Virus record (IMG/VR): IMGVR_UViG_3300025010_000007
Coordinates: 1-64,000 of that record
DNA from: a virus
Direction: 5' to 3' (one strand)
DNA length: 64,000 nt
This document shows, piece by piece, positions 29,166 to 39,700 of the stretch (position 1 is its first letter; each line of letters begins with the position of its first letter). Made by a program: the position numbers and the translations under genes. The notes beneath the pieces were generated by a model, which was not told the origin of the DNA, ran no database searches, and worked only from the letters and a program-made list of their open reading frames with translations.

Positions 29166-30225
29166 GATACACCTCCACATAATTATCATTTACGTTAAGC
29201 TCATTTTCGATCTTGTCCAGCCATTGACGGGCTTTTATAATCGCTGACCTACATTCCATTCTTAATTCGGGCCGACTAATTAACCGAAGTGAACTGTTAA
29301 TTACAAGTAAAGGGGCGGTTTTTTCAATAAAACCATATATCTGCATTATTACGTCAGTTGCCGCCTGTTCTTCTTTACGAAGTTCCGCTTCAGGACTTTC
29401 CCTTAATACCCTCTGCTCCTCATTCAACTGCTTAATCTTTGCCTGGTACCACTTTTGCTCCTCTTTTAGTTTGGATAACTGATCCTTAACCTTTTCCGGC
29501 ACTACCTCCACCGTTACGGTTTTTTCTATGATCTCTGGCTCCTTATTTTGTGCTTCAGTCAACTTTCTTTCTAAATCCTGCACCCGGTTCTGCTCTGCCT
29601 TTGCTTTGGCCTCTGCATCCTTGGCTTTTCTTTCGGCAGCATCAAGTTTAGCCTTTGTTTCAAGGTGAGCCTTATTAATGCTGATTTTTTCCTCGTTGAG
29701 CTGCTGAATGATTTCCGGTTCTGCATGTTCCGCTATGAATTTGGCTTTACGGTATTGTTCACCACTACCAAACCCGATCTGCTCTGCAACCTCGTCTCTT
29801 GAATTGCCTGCTGCCTTACTTCCTGCAAAATTTTGCAGAATGTCATTTCTTGCACCTTGCCTTTGCTTAGCTCGTTCTTTCTCAATTAGTTCAATCTTAT
29901 TGGAAAGTTCCATCATTTCTGTAAAGGTAAAATTTTTCCGGTGTGCGTTTTCTGCACGTTCTGCTTTAAATTGTTGTAAATAATCCTCAAATTCTACTAT
30001 TCTAACTTCAATCTGCTTTAGTCCAAGCGACTGACAGGCTCTAATCCTTCTCTCGCCGGCTACCAAAACATATTCTTTAGTGATTACAGGAGGTTGGAGA
30101 AGCCCTATTTCCTTAATAGAATCGGCAAGTTCCTGTAAGTCTCCTAGATCTTTTCTTGCTCGGTCAACTACTTTAATTTGATTTATATCTACAAGCAAAC
30201 TTTCACCCCCACCTTGTCCATCCAT
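29146..30225 (-). CDS. ParB N-terminal-domain protein with HTH and coiled coil
   Basis: GLLQPPVI..LVAGERRIRA..AENAHRKNF. Confidence 0.85.
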   Translation of the reverse strand: MDGQGGGESLLVDINQIKVVDRARKDLGDLQELADSIKEIGLLQPPVITKEYVLVAGERRIRACQSLGLKQIEVRIVEFEDYLQQFKAERAENAHRKNFTFTEMMELSNKIELIEKERAKQRQGARNDILQNFAGSKAAGNSRDEVAEQIGFGSGEQYRKAKFIAEHAEPEIIQQLNEEKISINKAHLETKAKLDAAERKAKDAEAKAKAEQNRVQDLERKLTEAQNKEPEIIEKTVTVEVVPEKVKDQLSKLKEEQKWYQAKIKQLNEEQRVLRESPEAELRKEEQAATDVIMQIYGFIEKTAPLLVINSSLRLISRPELRMECRSAIIKARQWLDKIENELNVNDNYVEVYHESASN

Positions 30226-30272
30226 CGCCCTAAAGGGTAACCGCCTAAAGGCGGCAATATTAAAAGGAGGGA

Positions 30273-30629
30273 TTATTTACCCTCCTTTTTTTGTCTCAAC
30301 ATTTTAAGTATGTTCGTTCGTTTCTTGACTTTTCCAAGAACTTTACTTTTCTTAATTAGTGGGTAAGCGTTTTTCCGAGGACCGCAATAAACAACTTTGA
30401 CTTCGTATTCGCTTAGTATTTCATATACCGCCCTATACGATTCGTCGTTATAATCTATAACAAACTTATAACAGCCGATCAAGTCTCCACTCAAAGCAAT
30501 GCCCGCCTCTATATCCTCATAGATGGCGGACAGTTCGGCTTTAAATAGTTCCTTTAATTCCGATGGACACTTCTTTAAAAATTTTTTAGCCTCACTCACA
30601 AATTCTACACTAATCACCGAAAACGTCAT
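30273..30629 (-). CDS. RelE/ParE-family toxin
   Basis: EAKKFLKK..LSGDLIGCYK..YRAVYEI..CGPRKNAY. Confidence 0.82.
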   Translation of the reverse strand: MTFSVISVEFVSEAKKFLKKCPSELKELFKAELSAIYEDIEAGIALSGDLIGCYKFVIDYNDESYRAVYEILSEYEVKVVYCGPRKNAYPLIKKSKVLGKVKKRTNILKMLRQKKEGK

Positions 30630-30840
30630 CCCAAGAATACGTCTTTCCCGTCCTTGCTTCCCTACGTCCTTTTTCTATTTTAGATATTGCTAGCTTGTCC
30701 CTTTTAAGTGATGCTGTAGCTGCTATGTCCGGTTTTTTCTTCCCTCTAAACTTCGTTTCTATTGTAGCAATAGCAGGTGGCATAGTAACACCCCTCTTCC
30801 TTAGTAATCCCTTTACTTTGTATTTTTTTCTGTTACTCAT
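30610..30840 (-). CDS. Putative cognate antitoxin
   Basis: Upstream of and overlapping the toxin; C-terminal GKTYSWDDVFG. Confidence 0.7.
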   Translation of the reverse strand: MSNRKKYKVKGLLRKRGVTMPPAIATIETKFRGKKKPDIAATASLKRDKLAISKIEKGRREARTGKTYSWDDVFGD

Positions 30841-31077
30841 AGATTACCACCCTTATCCAAAATATAGAAGTAATTTATAGTTATTATTTCCATATTATAG
30901 GCTAAAATCCTGCTAGGTCAGAAAATATTTTTTGATTTTATGTATCAACTACTTATATTTTTCATATAATATATATTTACCTATTTGGGACTTAAACATA
31001 TATACCATTGCACTGGAGTTCTACAACCCCCCCCCCGGTTATCTTTTAACCGGAATTAACTTTTTCCCTACCATTAA

Positions 31078-31102
31078 AGGAAACACCCCCCAGCTGTCGA
31101 AT
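31078..31102 (+). promoter_or_regulatory. Sigma-H-like promoter
   Basis: AGGA-17 nt-GAAT with TGTCGAA. Confidence 0.6.
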
Positions 31103-31144
31103 ACTGCAATTAATGGAGCGGTTTCGAGGAAGGGAGGTGTATTT

Positions 31145-31300
31145 ATGTCAAAAATACCACAAAAGTCAATTAGAGGTAGCGCTAATGACAGTGCGACAAA
31201 AGCTTCTATAGTTCCAGATAATTTCTCAGTTACTAGACAAAGTATTATTCCCGATAAGGCGCAACAACCAGATACAAACCAAACTTCTGATAAAAAATAA
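31145..31300 (+). CDS. Small hydrophilic peptide (51 aa)
   Basis: RBS GGGAGGTG; MSKIPQKSIRGS...; convergent with 31320..31973. Confidence 0.6.
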   Translation: MSKIPQKSIRGSANDSATKASIVPDNFSVTRQSIIPDKAQQPDTNQTSDKK

Positions 31301-31319
31301 GATTCAATTAATCATCCTT

Positions 31320-31973
31320 CTAGCCCTCTATTTCTATTGCCTTATTAAATTCATTGGCATTGTATATAACTACAGCAACTCCCGATTTTGTATCCACATA
31401 AACCCTATCGACCGGGACATTGTATTTAGTTACAATGTCCTCAACTTTTTTAGAATCAGCTAGAAGAAGGCATCTTTCTTCTGAGATACTTTCTGACATA
31501 TTTATTGGACTTCCATAAACTTTTGCATCTTTCAATATGACCTTTACTGCCTGTGATTCTTCACCATGAAAAGCATCTTCCCAAACCAAATTCCCCTCAT
31601 TAAGCTCTGCTTTATTATTACTTTTTCTAAATTTATTAATTAGTTTAATTGCAAATTCCTTTTTGACAAAACCATTCCAACATCCACAAACTACATAAGC
31701 CATTAATAAACTCGAAAACATATATAATACTAAACCGCTTAACGACTTTATTTCTGTCTGCAATTTCGTAATATTTGCCGCCTCTAAACTACCCTCTTTT
31801 AATGCCAATAAAAACAAATTACCAATTAATACTGGTATTGAAAAAAGAACAGCTATTACCAACTTTTCTATATTAGTATATTTGGCAGAGGGGTGTGAGC
31901 CGACTCGTTCATTTATCAGTATTGCAATTAGCCCCGGAGCCAACAATAATATGTATGCGAGCAAAGTATCCAA
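31320..31973 (-). CDS. 3-TM membrane protein (DUF6338-like), paralog of 27561..28223
   Basis: LLLAPGLIA..TNIEK..LFSIP..LVWEDAF..VYVDT. Confidence 0.7.
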   Translation of the reverse strand: MDTLLAYILLLAPGLIAILINERVGSHPSAKYTNIEKLVIAVLFSIPVLIGNLFLLALKEGSLEAANITKLQTEIKSLSGLVLYMFSSLLMAYVVCGCWNGFVKKEFAIKLINKFRKSNNKAELNEGNLVWEDAFHGEESQAVKVILKDAKVYGSPINMSESISEERCLLLADSKKVEDIVTKYNVPVDRVYVDTKSGVAVVIYNANEFNKAIEIEG

Positions 31974-32042
31974 AACTACACCCCTTATTAAATTATAACA
32001 AAATATGTACTTAAAAGCTTCAATTTAAATCTAATCCCCCGG

Positions 32043-32521
32043 CTAAAATCTGACCGGGGGATTCTTTTCGTTCCAATCATTAACAACCTGCACGCATGCC
32101 AAAAGTTCAACCTCTGTCATGTCCATCGCTTCGGCATATGAAATACCTGCTCCGGAAGCCAAGGAAAGTTCGATCCGCAACTTGAACCATCCTTGATTTG
32201 CTAGTTTTTTGCCAGTTCCTCAAGCTTATCCTTTACAGACCTTGGCATGTTTTCTTTTTCAAATTCAGCCCATTCCTCATAAGTGAATTTATCCATCACC
32301 TCAAATATTTCAGCAAGGTTTTGAGGTACATCCACCTTTTCCCCATTAACGGCATCGACACTAATAATGTTCTGTACGGTCAAGGTTGACATAACGCCAC
32401 CAATATTATGCCCACCTTCATCCATACTTGACGCTAAAAGTTTGCGCTCAATAAAATGGTGCTGGCCCTTCTTTTCCCGTAATTCAATTTTCTTACCGGT
32501 CGATAAAATAATTTCTAACAT
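32043..32521 (-). CDS. Tail assembly chaperone (32201..32521) with predicted -1 frameshift extension to 32043
   Basis: After the tube gene; slippery A AAA AAC at 32210-32204 just before TAG; -1 frame open to 32043. Confidence 0.8.
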
Positions 32522-32576
32522 GAACTATACCTCCAGAATTTTAATTTATTTTAACGTGGTTTTTCCACGCTCTTAC

Positions 32577-33014
32577 CTATGAGATTTTGCTACGCTTAAC
32601 CGCATGCCAGTTTAATGTATTATTGAAAGGTTTATTATTACCGTCAACCGACTTCTTAAAGCCATCAAAGGTAACCCCTTCATATTTGTACTTTCGAACG
32701 GTGCCGTCCTTATAAGTCTCAGTAGTAAAAATCAAAAACTTAAGCGTACCGCCGTTTTGCTCCTGATATTCGTTCTTTTTATCTACAATGTCATCGTAGG
32801 CTGTATTTACGCTTTGCCCTTCAATACTCCCCTTCCAGCCGCTTTGGATGACCTGGCGGTGCTCGGTTTCCTCACCAATGGGATTCTTTTTTTCTTCACT
32901 GGTTATTTCTTCAACCGACCATTTTAGGATTTCCGGTGTTTTCTCCAGAACATTACCTAATTCATCGGTTAGGGCAACTACAAGTTTTTTACCCAGCAAT
33001 CCATCTTTGGCCAT
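32577..33014 (-). CDS. Tail tube protein
   Basis: Follows sheath; GWKGSIE..YKYEGVTF. Confidence 0.8.
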   Translation of the reverse strand: MAKDGLLGKKLVVALTDELGNVLEKTPEILKWSVEEITSEEKKNPIGEETEHRQVIQSGWKGSIEGQSVNTAYDDIVDKKNEYQEQNGGTLKFLIFTTETYKDGTVRKYKYEGVTFDGFKKSVDGNNKPFNNTLNWHAVKRSKIS

Positions 33015-33015
33015 A

Positions 33016-34545
33016 TTAATTCACCTCCACATTTGTACCGCCTTGGAAATTAAGTAAAATCCACTCAGCGGTATTGTAGTGTTTGACCTTAATGTTCTGA
33101 ACAAACTGATCGATAGCTGCTGCTGCATCATCGAAGGCGATTGAATACGCCTCGATTTTACTTGTTTCTTGTTCATCAACCGGTGCAACAAGGTTATCAA
33201 AAAAAGTTCGGATCCTGCGCTCTGCATTGCCTTTCATAACCTTCGTCATAGCCTTACCCTGCCAGGGAGCTGCCACAGCCTCTAATGCTTTTTCAATCCA
33301 GCTATTTAACCGGCGCTTATTTACTTTGCGGTTTTCATCATCACTGATTAGTTCACCTGCCACATCGGTCTTAGCAAGAGTGTAATCGTTAGCTATGCGC
33401 CAGGCCAAAGAACCATCACCGGCTGCCGAAGGTTTAAGCTGGAAGGCAGCAATCTGATGATTATATAACTGGGAATACTGGTCAAAGTCAAGTTCCTGCT
33501 CTGCCCCGGATACCCAAGTACATTCTACGGCAAGGCCGGAATCTTCGATGTTTCCGATTACATGGGCAATGGCCGACAAGCAAGCACCGGAGGTATATTG
33601 GTCTCCCACTGATTTATAACGACCATAGACCATCTGCATAAAGTCAGTGTCATAAGTATCCCGGTAAGTGACAGCAGCATCCACATTAGCTGCAGAACCG
33701 ATACCACAATATGTCAAACAGTTGTACTTCTCACCGAAAGCATATAATGCAGCATCAGCCGTGGCCTCGGAGAAGTCGGCAAGGGCTACATCAGATACAA
33801 CTGTTCCCACTAACTCCAAAAGTTTAAGACCGGTTCGTTTACCTGTACCAGAGTCGTAGGTACCAATATAATCAGCTGCAGTAAGTGCTGCTCCGTTAGA
33901 ACCACTGGTTAACTGTGTTTGAGCCAGTACAGCTGGACGGGCATCGGTAAAGGATGCAGCATCGGATTGTAAATCCTCCAAAACAAAATGCTCGCTGCGA
34001 GAATTGACATAGGTTACCGCATATCGAGCACTTGCCGGATCCATACTTAAGTTGTCATAGGTTTCAAAGCCACCGATATCAGACCATAACATCAGTTTAA
34101 ATGTATTGGCATCGGTTCCATCGGCAGCTTGTACGGTAAAGATGTTGGCATACTCACCCGGACCGGCTTTTGGTGTCACCTTAAGAGTTGGATCCGGTGT
34201 TACTTGTCGGTCATTCAATGTTTTGCTGGCTATGGCGTATCCGGCACACAGAACCCGCACAAAAACAGCTTTTTTAACCCGTGCCCGGTGTAGATGGTCT
34301 AACAGGGCGTTACCCTTTTTGGATGCAGTTGTCAATCCCAGCACCGACGCTACAATCTCAGAAAGACGTTTGGTCGGCGTTTCGCTGGCGTAAACATACT
34401 GGTTAACTGGTCCCCGGTCGAAATCACCCACAAAACCCAACACAAAGTCCTTCAAGTCTACTGCATCCGACTGCGGCACAGCTAACTCATTAATATATAA
34501 GCCTGGTGGGTACCCGGCTAAAGATGTTACTCCACGTAAAATCAA
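33016..34545 (-). CDS. Tail sheath protein
   Basis: PPGLYINE..FVGDFDRGPVN..VNKRRL. Confidence 0.92.
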   Translation of the reverse strand: MILRGVTSLAGYPPGLYINELAVPQSDAVDLKDFVLGFVGDFDRGPVNQYVYASETPTKRLSEIVASVLGLTTASKKGNALLDHLHRARVKKAVFVRVLCAGYAIASKTLNDRQVTPDPTLKVTPKAGPGEYANIFTVQAADGTDANTFKLMLWSDIGGFETYDNLSMDPASARYAVTYVNSRSEHFVLEDLQSDAASFTDARPAVLAQTQLTSGSNGAALTAADYIGTYDSGTGKRTGLKLLELVGTVVSDVALADFSEATADAALYAFGEKYNCLTYCGIGSAANVDAAVTYRDTYDTDFMQMVYGRYKSVGDQYTSGACLSAIAHVIGNIEDSGLAVECTWVSGAEQELDFDQYSQLYNHQIAAFQLKPSAAGDGSLAWRIANDYTLAKTDVAGELISDDENRKVNKRRLNSWIEKALEAVAAPWQGKAMTKVMKGNAERRIRTFFDNLVAPVDEQETSKIEAYSIAFDDAAAAIDQFVQNIKVKHYNTAEWILLNFQGGTNVEVN

Positions 34546-34556
34546 TGTTATCCCCC

Positions 34557-35114
34557 CTAAAATTCTTGAATCTTAGGCTTAAATTTACTTACATCAATGG
34601 CACTTACCAATTCCTCGGTGAATAACTTTCCGCGGCAGGAAAATGTTAAATCGCTTTGATACAGCCCTGTTTCTCCTCTGGGTGGAAGTGGTGAACCTTT
34701 GGTGAAAATTTGTACCGTTTCACCCCATTTATCATCCTGGATGGGGATTTCGTTTTCTGTTTCGATGTAAACCATAAATTCTGTAGCCAGGCGCAGTGCA
34801 GTTCCCTGTCGCTCGGCAAAAAAAGAAACCTGGATAAGGTAGTCAAACCGCAGGATTTCAGTTCCAACCGTGTAAGTACCGTCCCCGTTATCAATTAGTC
34901 CATGTGGCTCATACTCACGCATTAGAGCCTTTTCAGAAGTACCACTGACATATGAGATATTGGCCCCTGGAAGCACCGGTTTGTTATTATCCTTGGGATC
35001 TAGGGTAAATTCCGTTGGGTCGGGTTGCTCATCCCTTACTATAAACTCAGCCCCGTGAACTACTCGGACTGCAGTTTTGATTGCCTTGTACATTTCAACT
35101 AACGGGTCTCTCAT
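34557..35114 (-). CDS. Tail terminator/completion protein
   Basis: Position immediately before sheath. Confidence 0.6.
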   Translation of the reverse strand: MRDPLVEMYKAIKTAVRVVHGAEFIVRDEQPDPTEFTLDPKDNNKPVLPGANISYVSGTSEKALMREYEPHGLIDNGDGTYTVGTEILRFDYLIQVSFFAERQGTALRLATEFMVYIETENEIPIQDDKWGETVQIFTKGSPLPPRGETGLYQSDLTFSCRGKLFTEELVSAIDVSKFKPKIQEF

Positions 35115-35686
35115 CTTCCAAACCGCCTTAATTCATGCATTAGTTCCTTAGCCACGTCTTCTTTAATCTCTTCTTTGGACTCATGTAGAGCTGGCCTTAA
35201 ATAGGGTCTCGGGGGTATTTTCTTCGGCGCATAACCAAACTCTTGGGCCGCAGCATAATCTCCTGGGCTTCCTTTGCCCTGAGTACCACTACCGGCAGCA
35301 ACTCCCACATACATTACACCCTTGCTATCCAGTTGACTGTCATCTGTGGTTATTGCTTGTTTTAAATGCCCGGCAATACCTACTAACGGAGCATCATCAT
35401 TCCCGCCAGCACCCCACGAACCGTGTTTTACGATGTACTTTTTCCCTGCCCCAGTTAGCTTTCCTTTATTTTTGCCTGATTGAGACATGTGTTTCCGCTT
35501 AACCGTTTCAGGTTTTAGCTTAGGCCAGGCGGGATACCCACCGGATGCCGGTTGATAGGTGCCAAGCTTTTTCTTGGCCTTACCCATCACCCGTGCCGCA
35601 CCTTTTTTGAGCCCTTTCTTTGTAGCTCGGTCAACACCACCGGGGATGCTGCTTAGTGCCTTATATAAATCGCTAAAATCGGCCAA
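35111..35686 (-). CDS. Neck/tail completion protein (HK97 gp10-like)
   Basis: YAAAQEFG..IPPRPYLRPAL. Confidence 0.8.
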   Translation of the reverse strand: MADFSDLYKALSSIPGGVDRATKKGLKKGAARVMGKAKKKLGTYQPASGGYPAWPKLKPETVKRKHMSQSGKNKGKLTGAGKKYIVKHGSWGAGGNDDAPLVGIAGHLKQAITTDDSQLDSKGVMYVGVAAGSGTQGKGSPGDYAAAQEFGYAPKKIPPRPYLRPALHESKEEIKEDVAKELMHELRRFGR

Positions 35687-36094
35687 TTAAATCACCCTCT
35701 TTGCCTGACATTCTTTAATTACCAACTGACCGGCCAAAGTAGCCGGGGCAACCAAAGTGATTTTAAATTCCTTCCCGTCATATTCCATAAGTCGACTTTC
35801 CTTTACCTTTCTTTCGTCAGGCTCTCCCGAATCATCCAGTACAATGAATTCTAGGACTTCATCCGGGTTATCACCAAGCTCCATAGGATTTTCCTTGGTG
35901 TCATGGCCGGTTACCACGATCTTTATAGTCTCTTTATGAGGTTCGGGCTGCCCCTCGTCCTCAATACTTAACTCATCCCGGTTCTCCACACCGGTGGCAG
36001 GGGTTTTTAAGATAACATCCACCTCATATCCTTTTTGCCGGATATGTTTTTGAATTATATTTTTTACCTTGTCGGACAGCTTAAGTGCATCCAT
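35687..36094 (-). CDS. Head closure protein (putative)
   Basis: Position; ends YDGKEFKI..CQAKR. Confidence 0.6.
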   Translation of the reverse strand: MDALKLSDKVKNIIQKHIRQKGYEVDVILKTPATGVENRDELSIEDEGQPEPHKETIKIVVTGHDTKENPMELGDNPDEVLEFIVLDDSGEPDERKVKESRLMEYDGKEFKITLVAPATLAGQLVIKECQAKRVI

Positions 36095-36627
36095 TAGGTG
36101 CACCCCCCAACGACTAGCTTGACGTTACGATTGTAGTTATCAAGTCGCCGGGCAGCCAGCTTAGAGATTTCATCGAAGTTATCAAACTTTATTTCCAACC
36201 CCTTACCCAGCTTAAGGCCGCTGATTTCGGCACCTTCGCGGACGATATCAGAGAGAAGCTTCCACATGCAGTAATCAATTAAGATTGCCGCATCTCGGAC
36301 GGGGACTGTTTCAATAGTATGATCGCCTAAATAGGTGTATGAGATAGTTCCGGTACCCACCGGAGCCGCATCAAGGTATAGTGTCTTATCCAATATCTCG
36401 TGATTCTCCAGGCCAGAAAGCCAGGTCTGGTAATCATCGGGAAACTGATATTCCACAGTACCCGGTACCAAGCTAAGAGCACCCTTCTTTTTCCTTGGCC
36501 GGTACCGGGAGTAGTCGCCTATAGTATCACTGATAATATCACTCAGCTGCGGGTCCGGAATCCTGTACGGTTCCTGATTGTCTCCTATTTCCCCGCGAAG
36601 CTTTCTTAATAGTTCCGCTTTCTCCAT
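36094..36627 (-). CDS. Head-tail adaptor (putative)
   Basis: LRGEIGD N-terminus; position. Confidence 0.65.
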   Translation of the reverse strand: MEKAELLRKLRGEIGDNQEPYRIPDPQLSDIISDTIGDYSRYRPRKKKGALSLVPGTVEYQFPDDYQTWLSGLENHEILDKTLYLDAAPVGTGTISYTYLGDHTIETVPVRDAAILIDYCMWKLLSDIVREGAEISGLKLGKGLEIKFDNFDEISKLAARRLDNYNRNVKLVVGGCT

Positions 36628-36778
36628 CAGATTTCACCTCTTTTTTTAGGGAAGAAGTAGAGGCTGTCTTATCTTTCGGGGCAGCCTCAAATTCTGCATA
36701 CATTTGTCCGGGACCAATCATTTGACTAGTTACTGGATGGATAAACGCATGTCCTGTGTTCACTTTCAAATAATCCAC
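36539..36778 (-). CDS. Small head-region protein
   Basis: Directly after the capsid gene. Confidence 0.5.
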   Translation of the reverse strand: MDYLKVNTGHAFIHPVTSQMIGPGQMYAEFEAAPKDKTASTSSLKKEVKSDGESGTIKKASRGNRRQSGTVQDSGPAAE

Positions 36779-36783
36779 CCGCC

Positions 36784-39700
36784 TTAAGAGTTGTAAAATT
36801 TAATGGTCCGGTACGGCGGGTTGTAAGTTACCCCATCTTTGTCCGTTACCAGCGGAGTGGCAATACTTATTTGCTGTGTGGCGTGGTACTGCTTGGCTGA
36901 AGTGATTTTGCCATCCGTTGTATAATACGGATCCGGCCCCTCAATCTGCATCGGGGAACCAGTACCGAAGCGAGTTGCATTAATTTTGCCAAGTAGAATC
37001 CTTTTGTCCCCAGCCACCCAGGGAACGTTTACTTCACCTAGTTGTAAGCCATTTCTGGTTGCAAAATACATTCGGCCCTGCAATAGGTTTGTTCCTTCCG
37101 GAGAGGCAGACTTATAGAACAGTTCCGCAATCTTTGCATTTACCATGGCATTTAAACTGCCAATGCCGAAATTAGGTACCGAATATCTAGGGGCACCACC
37201 CATATAAGCTTTCTCGTAATCGAAAAGCTCTAATAGTCTGTTGTAATACTTGGCAGCTTCTACTCCGCTTGGTACTGTTAAATTAAAAAACGATATATTA
37301 GTAGCATAGCTGTAAGAGATGGTTGGCTTATTGGTATCATTGTCCACCCCGGACGCCTCAGTCAAATAGACTTTTGCATTTTCAAAGTCAACTGCATAGT
37401 CAGCACCAGCAGATATTTTGCCGGTAACTGGGTCCCATGTGCCTCGTGTAAGGGTGGCAACCCCTAGCTTAGCAGTAATCGGTTTTGCGGTTGTAGTTTG
37501 CTTTTGGCCTGCCGGGTCAATGTACTGGCGAACCCTCGGTCGTACTACAGGTGGAACAGTTGCACCAATAACTCCAGTAGAATAACCGCAAAGAAGACTC
37601 ACAATCCATGCAGCATTTGAGCCAGTCGGGACATTGGTTCCAGGAACCGCAACAGCTATTTCTGCAGCAGCGACAGCTTCATTAGTCACAGCTACAGACT
37701 GGTATTCATCAGAGATGTGCAACATTTCAAGACTTAGGCGCTGGTCTATATAGCGAGAGAAACGCATGGCTAAATTAGCTAGGTTCCGAGCCAGCACATC
37801 ATAATTAAAGGGGCCGGTCTGCAACTCGCGCATAGCCTCCTTAGTAACTACGGTACCGCGCTTCATCCACTCAGCACCGAATTCCAGGGTTACAGTGGAC
37901 ACGCCTTCAGTGGGAATACCGTCAATTTCACCCACAATTAGGTCATCCTGAGAATATAGATCCATGGATGTTATTTCAGACAGTATTTTATGAGTGGTAC
38001 CACTAAACGGTTCAGCCATTACCAGTTGTAGGAACATGAGGTCCTGCCATACCTGTTCCATAATCGCTTGAGAGATAATAGGTGCCTGGGCAAAGTCTCC
38101 AGTAGTACTGATAGCAGAATCAGTAATAGCTCCATCCGTAATAACTTGGGCAGAATCAGTCAAAGTCTTCATGTATTTGGTATATTCCGGGTTATTTTCT
38201 CTGTCCATACGGGCTAAGATATTATTTAAGATAGATCTATTTGCTTTTCGCAAGTCGGGATCCGGTAACGCACCTGTCCTAATTTTAATTTGGTCATCCA
38301 GTGCAGCTTGAAGATTATCGACAATAGGCCTCCAAGGCTGGGCAGCAGCACCTATCTGAATTTCCGGGTCAATAACTGCAACTCTACCCGCCATGGGAAC
38401 ACCCAGGGCAGCCAACTTGCTGCTTATGGCAATAGAATCAACAAAAGCCTTTTCCTGCTCAATAAACCCAACTACCTGTGCGGCATCGGTGATAGCCTCA
38501 CCCTTTTTAATCAAGGCATCTTTGGTTTTTTGGTCATAAGGTAAGGCGGTTACAGCGTCAGTGAGTGCCTGCTGTGCGGCAGTTTTAGCTTGTGCGGCAA
38601 CTACTTCTGCCTGGCGTGTTTCTTCTGCCTGCCTAAACTTGTTTAACTCATCGGTCAGTGCGGTGTGCTGATCTGCCTGTTCTTTTGCGGCGATCATGCT
38701 GTCGCAAATGCCAACATACTCATTGTCGGCGTTCTGCGCTTTCCATGCCTTAAGTTCTGCAAGGGTCATTAAATGAAATTTGGGCACGTTATCGCCCTCC
38801 TTTTTGTTGAGTTGATCTAATATTTCGGATACTGCGGAATCGGTTAGCTGCTGTGGCGTATCAAAGGCGTCAACTTCTGCTGGATTCAACACGATATCCC
38901 AAGTGTAAAGAGTTAACTGCTTGGCCACACCAACTTGTTTTCCGTTAACCCTCGCGGGCACTAATTTACCGGTCATACGGTTACTAAAACCTATAGGCAG
39001 TCCGGCATCCAGCATGGCCTGCACCTGCTTGCCCATATCGGTTTGTAGTGGTTTAAACTCAGCGATTACGTTCCCTGCTGCGTCAATATCTGCCTTCCTG
39101 AACTTGACCGCCTGGTTAGGTACTTTGGAATCAAAAAGCACCCTGCCGTCAGCGCCTTTGAAGCTGCGGGGGTGTGGATGCTCTCCAGCGTACGGGAAAC
39201 CTGCATCACTTAGTGCTTTTAGCGCTGGACCATAGACAGGACGTGGGTAAAGTCTGACATTGCCGTTTATAGCGTCGACTTTAGACACCGTCTGCCGGTA
39301 CCAACCAGACGGTTTTCCGGCATTATCAGTAATCGCTACTGCTGCACTAATACAAACGTCCTGCATCTCTCCTGCTTCGTCAGTTATTGCGCCGTGTTGT
39401 GCGTCAGAAACTACAGTAACAGTGGCATTTTGCATCTGAAAACCAGCTTGCGCCGCTATTTTTTGTGCTTCTTGCTCTTTTCTGACAGCATAGCCTATAT
39501 CCCAATAACCAAATTCAGCGCTACATTTAGCACCTATAGCTTCGTAATAAATCCTCCGATCAACTTCTGTTAAGGCACTATTAGCGAGTTTCTTTTTAAT
39601 GGCCAGAAGTCCGACCGCTGTTGTTGCGGCCAGTATTTCAGCCATTTGAGGATCATCGGTCAGCGCGTCAGTTACTGGAGCTGTATTGTCATCTGTTGCA

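Noticed and set aside
31027-31036. C10 tract as phase-variation switch
   Set aside because: Intergenic and upstream of, not within, the predicted promoter spacer; no evidence of length variation
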